Below are positions 58,310 to 64,000 of a stretch of DNA of 64,000 bases, piece after piece. The notes under the pieces are model-generated. The model was not told the DNA's origin. It saw only the letters and a program-made list of their open reading frames with translations, and made no database searches. The translations under genes and the position numbers were made by a program. This stretch comes from Minisyncoccota bacterium. Its GTDB lineage: Bacteria; Patescibacteriota; Minisyncoccia; Phycocordibacterales; PALSA-1337. The DNA is taken from NCBI GenBank assembly GCA_041671485.1, contig JBAZBL010000006.1:6539-70538 (forward strand), read 5' to 3'. The stretch's first letter is position 1, and every line of letters starts with the position of its first letter.

Positions 58310-59851
58310 ATGAAAAAAGGAATTATATATGTTCGAGTATCATCGAACGAACAAGTACAAGGTACAAGTCTCGATAATCAAGAGAGGGCTTGTTTGGAAT
58401 ATGCGGAGAAAAATAATATTGAGGTGGTAAAGATTTATATTGAGAAAGGGGAATCGGCAACTGCCGCCAATCGTACCGAATTTCTGAAGGCACTGGAGTA
58501 TTGTCGAATACATAGTAAAGAGGTGGAGTCTTTCATTGTTTGGAAGATCGATCGCTTCGCCCGTAATACCACAGACCATTTTGCAGTCCGCGCTAAACTA
58601 ACTCAGTACGGTGTTACTCTCCAATCAGTTACTGAACCAATCACAAATGATCCTAGCGGTAAACTGATGGAGACACTTCTTGCTGGATATGCAGAATTTG
58701 AAAACGATATACGTAAGCAGAGGTGTATTGGTGGCATGCAAGGCAGATTACGTGAGGGAATCTGGTGCTGGTCGCCTCCAATAGGGTATACAAACTCTAT
58801 GAAGATGAAAGACAGAAAGAAAACCTTACCGGATGTTCCGGATGAAGAAAGATTCTACCTGATTCAAAAGGGATTAAAACTATATAAAGCCGGCAATCAC
58901 ACTATTACAGCTCTTGCCCAAGAGAGTAGTAAATGGGGACTTAAAACTCGAACTGGTAGGCCAATGAGAAAACAGTTATGGGATACTATTCTCACCAATA
59001 AATTCTATGCTGGTATCCTCGTCGATCCGTGGAGCCTTGAAGAACAACAAGGACAACATAAGCCTATGATTACTTTAGAAGATTTCAATCACATCCAGAT
59101 GATAAAAAAGAATTTGTCCAACAACGCCACCGCTTCACGACTCTCTACCAATCCCGATTTTCCACTTCGCCGTTTTGTGTTATGTGAATGTCATCATCTC
59201 TATACCGCCTCGTGGAGTACCGGCCGAAGTAAAAAATATGCCTCTTACCACTGTCACGGCAAGCAATGCGTACATTTTGGTCACACTGTTGCCAAAGATA
59301 CGCTCGAAGATGAATTCTATAAGCTTTTACAAAAGGTAGCTCCACAGACTAAGTTCCTTAAACTGTTTGAACGGATCGTTATAGAGACCTATAAAAACCA
59401 ACATACTCTTGTTAAGCAGGAAAAGGATCACTATGAGCGAAATCTATCCAAGTTGGAAGCACGTAAGAAAGAATTGATGGAAATGAGAATAAGCCGTGAG
59501 ATTTCAAAGGAAGACTATAAAGATCTTAAAGATGCTTTGGATAATCAGATTACCAGTCTCCATATCTCAAGAAATGAAGCTCAGATAGAAGAATTTGATA
59601 TGGAGATCGCTATAGCTCACACTACGAAGCTGATCGGTGATGTTGCCAATCAATGGAAGCTTATGAGTCCGATTCAGAAGCAAAAACTTCAGAAATTGGT
59701 GCTACCACAAGGGATCACCTACCAAAAATCGACCGGTACATTTGGAACCGCCATTCTGTCGCCTGTATTCAAGCTTAATGAGACATTTACGGCTATGCCG
59801 TCCGAACTTGTTGCGGGGGTCGGAATCGAACCGACAATCTTCAGGTTATGA
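58310..59851 (+). CDS. Large serine recombinase (integrase); C-terminus reads into tRNA-Met antisense
   Basis: IYVRVSS.EQ, DRFARN, recombinase domain, Zn ribbon (CEC...YHC...C), coiled coil. Confidence 0.93.
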   Translation: MKKGIIYVRVSSNEQVQGTSLDNQERACLEYAEKNNIEVVKIYIEKGESATAANRTEFLKALEYCRIHSKEVESFIVWKIDRFARNTTDHFAVRAKLTQYGVTLQSVTEPITNDPSGKLMETLLAGYAEFENDIRKQRCIGGMQGRLREGIWCWSPPIGYTNSMKMKDRKKTLPDVPDEERFYLIQKGLKLYKAGNHTITALAQESSKWGLKTRTGRPMRKQLWDTILTNKFYAGILVDPWSLEEQQGQHKPMITLEDFNHIQMIKKNLSNNATASRLSTNPDFPLRRFVLCECHHLYTASWSTGRSKKYASYHCHGKQCVHFGHTVAKDTLEDEFYKLLQKVAPQTKFLKLFERIVIETYKNQHTLVKQEKDHYERNLSKLEARKKELMEMRISREISKEDYKDLKDALDNQITSLHISRNEAQIEEFDMEIAIAHTTKLIGDVANQWKLMSPIQKQKLQKLVLPQGITYQKSTGTFGTAILSPVFKLNETFTAMPSELVAGVGIEPTIFRL

Positions 59852-59882
59852 GCCTGACGAGCTACCGTTACTCTACCCCGCG
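59811..59882 (-). tRNA. tRNA-Met(CAT), initiator-like
   Basis: Cloverleaf CGCGGGG...CCCCGCA A with C1-A72 mismatch, anticodon loop CTCATAA. Confidence 0.93.
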
Positions 59883-59984
59883 ATGTTCTAACTATTTTGC
59901 CACAATTGATGTAGTTGCGCAAGTGAATAAATTTAGATATTGTATAGCTTGAGTATTAGACATGGTTTTTGCTCGATATTCAAT

Positions 59985-60058
59985 GCCGGCGTAGCTCAGG
60001 TAGTTAGAGCATAGCACTCATAAAGCTAAGGTCGCAGGTGCAAGTCCTGCCGCCGGCA
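59985..60058 (+). tRNA. tRNA with CAT anticodon (elongator Met or Ile2)
   Basis: GCCGGCG acceptor, CTCATAA loop, atypical T-loop TGCAAGT. Confidence 0.85.
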
Positions 60059-60114
60059 CAATAGTTTTCGTCAGTATCTTGACTTTCGTAGAATATTTTT
60101 GCTAGAGTATCTTT

Positions 60115-60205
60115 AATACTTGCTTGCGACCGATGGAGTTGCGCCCAGATCGGTCTATCGCAGAAGCGATGGTGAGCACTATGACAAGCCCCTTACGGGG
60201 CTTGT
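60115..60205 (+). ncRNA. Orphan copy of the three-way-junction sRNA family, with its own promoter and terminator
   Basis: TTGACT (60079)...TG-C-TAGAGT (60103); P1 UGCUUGC/GUGAGCA, P2 GACCGA/UCGGUC, P3 UAUCGC-AGAA-GCGAUG; terminator acaagcccc-ttac-ggggcttgt. Confidence 0.6.
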
Positions 60206-60281
60206 GCGCTTTTTGTTGATTTTATCCATTACACTAAAGAAGTGTTTGTGACCATTATTCAATTGTGGTATTTTTCTAGTA

Positions 60282-60965
60282 ATGCCAATATACAAAAAGG
60301 TTAATAAAGATTTTTTCAAAGTATGGACTCCAAAGATGTCATATATACTGGGATTCTTTGCTGCTGACGGTTATATGACTCTAAACAAAAGAGGTGCTTA
60401 TTTTTGGAATATTCAAATTACAGACAAAAAATTATTAGAGGATATCAGACGAACAATTGGATCCAATCATAAAATCAGTGTTCGTATTGGAAAAGTGAAT
60501 GAAAGACCTTTGTATCGTTTACAGATTGGTAGCAAGAAAATGTACTATGATCTATTGGCTTTAGGATTTAATCAGGGAAAAACAAAGAGTTTGGCTGTTC
60601 CAAATGTTCCAGCAATATATTTTAGAGATTTTGTCAGAGGTTATTTTGATGGTGATGGTAATGTTTGGAGCGGACATATTCATCGCAATAGACCTAGTAA
60701 TACATTGATTATTACTGTGGTATTTACTTCCAGTTCATTTCAATTTTTATCGGAAATAAGGCGAAGATTACGATTGTTTATGATATTTAAAGGAGTTTTA
60801 AGTAAGGGGAAAGGTAATTATTATAGGTTAGTTTACAGTATTCGTGACTCTTTGAAATTACACGATTTCATGTATAATCATCCTATACTTGCAAAGGATG
60901 ACATTTTTCTTCAAAGGAAGAGAATTATATTCGAGAAGTACTTAAAGATACGAATGCGGCCGTAG
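60282..60965 (+). CDS. Free-standing LAGLIDADG endonuclease-like protein
   Basis: Two motifs YILGFFAADG and FVRGYFDGDG; stop codon inside tRNA-Asp. Confidence 0.88.
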   Translation: MPIYKKVNKDFFKVWTPKMSYILGFFAADGYMTLNKRGAYFWNIQITDKKLLEDIRRTIGSNHKISVRIGKVNERPLYRLQIGSKKMYYDLLALGFNQGKTKSLAVPNVPAIYFRDFVRGYFDGDGNVWSGHIHRNRPSNTLIITVVFTSSSFQFLSEIRRRLRLFMIFKGVLSKGKGNYYRLVYSIRDSLKLHDFMYNHPILAKDDIFLQRKRIIFEKYLKIRMRP

Positions 60966-61029
60966 CGAAACTGGTTATCGCACCGCCCTGTCACGGCGGG
61001 GATTGCGGGTTCGAGTCCCGTCGGCCGCG
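60956..61029 (+). tRNA. tRNA-Asp(GTC)
   Basis: Cloverleaf, loop CTGTCAC, GGTTCGAGTCC, discriminator G. Confidence 0.95.
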
Positions 61030-61106
61030 CATAGGAAATCACTCAACATTCTGTTTTATTACGTCCACCAAAAGAGTGCTATAATTCACCATAGAAAGAG
61101 GTTCAT

Positions 61107-61535
61107 ATGAGAACGTTAACAATGCTAGTTGCAGTGATCAGTTTCACTCTATTTGCCAATGCTGGCGAAAAGAGATCTGGGCTGGAGGGTGAGATGCCCA
61201 ATAGCTTGACGAATCACATTCTCGCAGTCGAGATGTCCAAAGGTGGGTCTTTGGAACCAATTGACACAAAAGATTTCCACAATATGATCATTCAGTACTT
61301 GGTAAGAATGAATACGAATGAGACTTTTGGTCCTTTGTGGAAAGGTATGGAATTTGAATCCGAAAGTTTCTACATCGGCTGGAAGCAGGGCCGAGATGAA
61401 TTTCGGTTCAACTTCCTGCCAGTGACAAGACGAGGATTTCGAGCGGGTGGTATGATAGTCAGTGAATATCCGCTTGCACCAAACAATCTTCGAGATTGTT
61501 ACTTTGTCGGTCTATTTGTCTCGCGACATTTTTGA
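61107..61535 (+). CDS. Hypothetical secreted protein
   Basis: AGAGG RBS, signal peptide, downstream hairpin 61563-61590. Confidence 0.65.
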   Translation: MRTLTMLVAVISFTLFANAGEKRSGLEGEMPNSLTNHILAVEMSKGGSLEPIDTKDFHNMIIQYLVRMNTNETFGPLWKGMEFESESFYIGWKQGRDEFRFNFLPVTRRGFRAGGMIVSEYPLAPNNLRDCYFVGLFVSRHF

Positions 61536-61673
61536 GGACTAGCGAGACAGGGTGGGGAAGATGCGGTCGTGTTCGGAACACGACCGCTTTTATTTCGATT
61601 GAAAAGCTGTGATTTCTGTATTATGATGCAATGACTGCCAATGTAACTCTTTTGGTGGTAGATATATAAATAT

Positions 61674-61746
61674 GCCAAGATAGCTCAGTTGGTAGAGCAC
61701 GCCATTGGTAATGGCGAGGTCCCGAGTTCAATCCTCGGTCTTGGCT
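61674..61746 (+). tRNA. tRNA-Thr(GGT)
   Basis: Cloverleaf, loop TTGGTAA. Confidence 0.95.
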
Positions 61747-61748
61747 CC

Positions 61749-61850
61749 CCACTCCGCCTCACCCCTTATGGGTTGAGGCTTCGCGGGGCAAGCCCACAAT
61801 GTAGTTGTGCTTGCACCGCGAAGCTCCGACTGGAAGGAGGAGCGAAGTGG
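61749..61850. repeat. GC-rich branched palindromic element between the two tRNA-Thr genes
   Basis: ccact.cgc...gcttcgcgg / ccgcgaagc...gcgaagtgg inverted halves around gcaagc/gcttgc. Confidence 0.6.
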
Positions 61851-61851
61851 T

Positions 61852-61924
61852 GCCAAAGTAGCTCAGTTGGTAGAGCATCGCTTTCGTAAAGCGAGGGTCC
61901 CCGGTTCGATCCCGGGCTTTGGCT
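61852..61924 (+). tRNA. tRNA-Thr(CGT)
   Basis: Cloverleaf, loop TTCGTAA. Confidence 0.95.
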
Positions 61925-61966
61925 CAAAATAGATCAAAGATAAAAGGTCAAAGATCAAAAATATAG

Positions 61967-62866
61967 ATGGACAAAGAGAAAATACAAAAGAAAATAGCAG
62001 AGCTCGAAAGTGCAATGAATGCACAGGACTTTTGGTCTGATAAAGTAAAAGCACAAAATGTAATTAGCGAAATAAAGAAACTCAAAGAGGATCTCGAAGG
62101 TGTAGGTAAATATGATAAAGGTGATGCTATATTATCTGTCCTCTCTGGCGCTGGTGGCGATGATGCAGAAGATTTTTCTCAAATGCTTGTTAGGATGTAT
62201 AACAAATATTCTGATTCAAACAATTGGGTTTGGTCTGTAATTCATTCAAATGAGAATGATCATGGTGGATATAGGAATATAACAGTAGAAATCTCTGGAG
62301 GTCTGACCTCCGTAGGTTTGGGTCCATATGGCATATTGAAGAATGAATCTGGAGTACATCGCTTGGTACGAATTTCGCCATTCAATGCAAATGATAAAAG
62401 GCATACATCTTTCTCTATGGTAGAAGTATTGCCAAAGTTTGAAAAGACTTCTTCTCATGATATTGTCATTTCAGATAATGATATAGAGATATCTATTGCA
62501 AAGTCAGGAGGTCCAGGAGGCCAGAATGTAAACAAACGCGAGACGGCAGTACGGATATTGCATAGACCAACAGGTATATCTATACACGTTACGTCAGAAC
62601 GCTCACAAGCTCAAAACCGTGAAAAAGCCATGGATATTCTACGAGCAAAACTGTGGAAGCGTATGGAAGATGTGAGGATAGCAAAAGAGAAGGGTATGCA
62701 AATATCTTCTACTACATCTATAGAATGGGGCAATCAGATAAGGTCATATGTATTGCATCCGTACAAAATGGTAAAGGATCATAGGACAGAGTATGAGACA
62801 AATCAGGTTGATAAAGTATTGAATGGTGATATAGAAGCATTTATCGATGCAGAAAAGATGCTATAA
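61967..62866 (+). CDS. prfB: Peptide chain release factor 2 (short form)
   Basis: [11 protein letters not shown] (SPF), [22 protein letters not shown]. Confidence 0.93.
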   Translation: MDKEKIQKKIAELESAMNAQDFWSDKVKAQNVISEIKKLKEDLEGVGKYDKGDAILSVLSGAGGDDAEDFSQMLVRMYNKYSDSNNWVWSVIHSNENDHGGYRNITVEISGGLTSVGLGPYGILKNESGVHRLVRISPFNANDKRHTSFSMVEVLPKFEKTSSHDIVISDNDIEISIAKSGGPGGQNVNKRETAVRILHRPTGISIHVTSERSQAQNREKAMDILRAKLWKRMEDVRIAKEKGMQISSTTSIEWGNQIRSYVLHPYKMVKDHRTEYETNQVDKVLNGDIEAFIDAEKML

Positions 62867-62874
62867 TTAGTTGA

Positions 62875-63555
62875 ATGATATATTACGATAAAGTCACAAA
62901 GATCTATCCAGACCACTCTGTAGCACTAGAAGATGTAACTTTTGGTGTTGAACCCAAAGAATTTGTCACAATCGTCGGTCATTCTGGTGCTGGCAAAACA
63001 ACATTGATGAAACTTCTTATTGGAGAAGATAGACCAACAAATGGCATTGTCTTCTTCGAATCATCTGATATTCATAGATTGAATAAAAGGGATATGAGCA
63101 AGATAAGAAGAAGGATTGGTACAATATTTCAGGATTATAGGCTAATACCATCAAAGACAGTATATGAGAATATTGCTTTTGCCATGGAAGCAGCAGGTAG
63201 GAAAGATGATGAAATATCAGCCGATGTACCTCATGTACTTGAGCTCGTTGATCTAGCCCGTAAGATATGGAATTTCCCACATGAATTGTCAGGGGGCGAA
63301 AGACAGCGCGTAGCTATTGCTCGAGCAATAGTCAATCAACCAGATATAGTTATTGCCGATGAACCAACGGGCAATTTGGATCCGTCAAATACTTTTGAAA
63401 TTGCAAGAATTTTGAAAAAGATAAATGAATTGGGTACGACTGTCATACTCACTACTCACAATAAAGGCATGGTTGATGCTATAGGAGGTAGGATTATCAC
63501 CATGGAAAGGGGTAAAGTAGTCAAAGACAGTAAAGATGGCAAGTATTTGTTATAG
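62875..63555 (+). CDS. ftsE: Cell division ATP-binding protein FtsE
   Basis: GHSGAGKTT, RRRIGTIFQDYRL, LSGGERQRVAIARA; upstream of ftsX. Confidence 0.93.
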   Translation: MIYYDKVTKIYPDHSVALEDVTFGVEPKEFVTIVGHSGAGKTTLMKLLIGEDRPTNGIVFFESSDIHRLNKRDMSKIRRRIGTIFQDYRLIPSKTVYENIAFAMEAAGRKDDEISADVPHVLELVDLARKIWNFPHELSGGERQRVAIARAIVNQPDIVIADEPTGNLDPSNTFEIARILKKINELGTTVILTTHNKGMVDAIGGRIITMERGKVVKDSKDGKYLL

Positions 63556-63590
63556 ATCAAAGATTAAAAATCAAAAATCAAAAATTATCA

Positions 63591-64000
63591 ATGTTTACTA
63601 TTCTCAAACGTATAACTAAGACAGGCTTTGTAAATTTCTGGCGTAATGGCTTTTTGTCATTTGCAGCGATTGTAGTCATCACATTGTCTCTTTGTGCTTT
63701 TGGAGCGCTTATATTTGGTAGTGCATTTGGTAGGTCATTCCTGAATGATATAAAAGAAAAAGTTGATATAAATGTTTACTTTACTCTATCAACACCAGAA
63801 TCCGATATAGTTGCTCTCAAAAAAGATATAGATGCTCTGCCAGAAGTAGCAAAAACAGAATATATATCAAGAGGTATGGCTCTTGCTACATTCAAGCAAA
63901 AATGGCAAGACAATGCTCTTATAATGCAAGGACTAGATGAAATAGGTGACAATCCTTTCCCAGCATCTATAAATATAAAAGCAATTGATCCAGGGCAATA
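63591..64000 (+). CDS. ftsX: Cell division permease FtsX (5' partial)
   Basis: MFTILKRITKTGFVNFWRNG.LS..., KVDINVYF, LPEV...EYISR, NPFPAS. Confidence 0.9.
   Translation, partial: MFTILKRITKTGFVNFWRNGFLSFAAIVVITLSLCAFGALIFGSAFGRSFLNDIKEKVDINVYFTLSTPESDIVALKKDIDALPEVAKTEYISRGMALATFKQKWQDNALIMQGLDEIGDNPFPASINIKAIDPGQ

Larger units (their letters stand above)
51894..59814. mobile_element. ~7.9-kb integrative element (phage-satellite-like) in the tRNA-Met 3' end
   Basis: 7-bp direct repeat TTGTTGC at 51894-51900 and 59808-59814; large serine recombinase, Prim-Pol/helicase, HicAB, TerS-like gene. Confidence 0.75.

Noticed and set aside
60121-60205. SRP 4.5S RNA or a degenerate tRNA
   Set aside because: No SRP domain IV (CAGG..GGAA..AGCA) motif, no D arm or TTC loop; better explained as a paralog of the 29-kb units
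318-63280. Numerous 60-160 aa ORFs antisense to or overlapping identified genes
   Set aside because: Shadow frames of well-supported CDSs or tRNAs, with no recognisable motifs

Overview
AT-rich chromosomal segment whose gene content points to a Patescibacteria/CPR (Parcubacteria-like) bacterium. This assignment is an inference from the two large type IV pilus clusters, split ComEC, short RF2, tpiA-pgk and tRNAs without encoded CCA. Core genes: nusA, tpiA, pgk, recJ, rnhA, comEC, comF, sod, rpmB, rpsL-rpsG-fusA, tyrS, ligA, gatCA, prfB, ftsEX and five tRNAs. Four things stand out. (1) Two small BECR-fold-like putative RNase genes (28.7 kb, 51.3 kb) each face a convergent, promoter-preceded ~60-nt three-way-junction RNA across a shared terminator. 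The 29-kb RNA has two tandem units with compensatory changes, and a related orphan unit lies at 60.1 kb; this is a candidate RNA-antitoxin or RNP system. (2) A RAYT HUH transposase comes with a dispersed REP hairpin family that also lies inside coding sequences. A ~55-bp phased TTTTATC promoter box precedes the RAYT, both comEC halves and the first nuclease gene. (3) A ~7.9-kb satellite-like element sits in tRNA-Met, and its attP appears to lie inside its own serine integrase gene, so integration would swap the integrase C-terminus. (4) Metal or zinc ligands are missing from several proteins. All calls come from reading the sequence by eye; no database searches were run.
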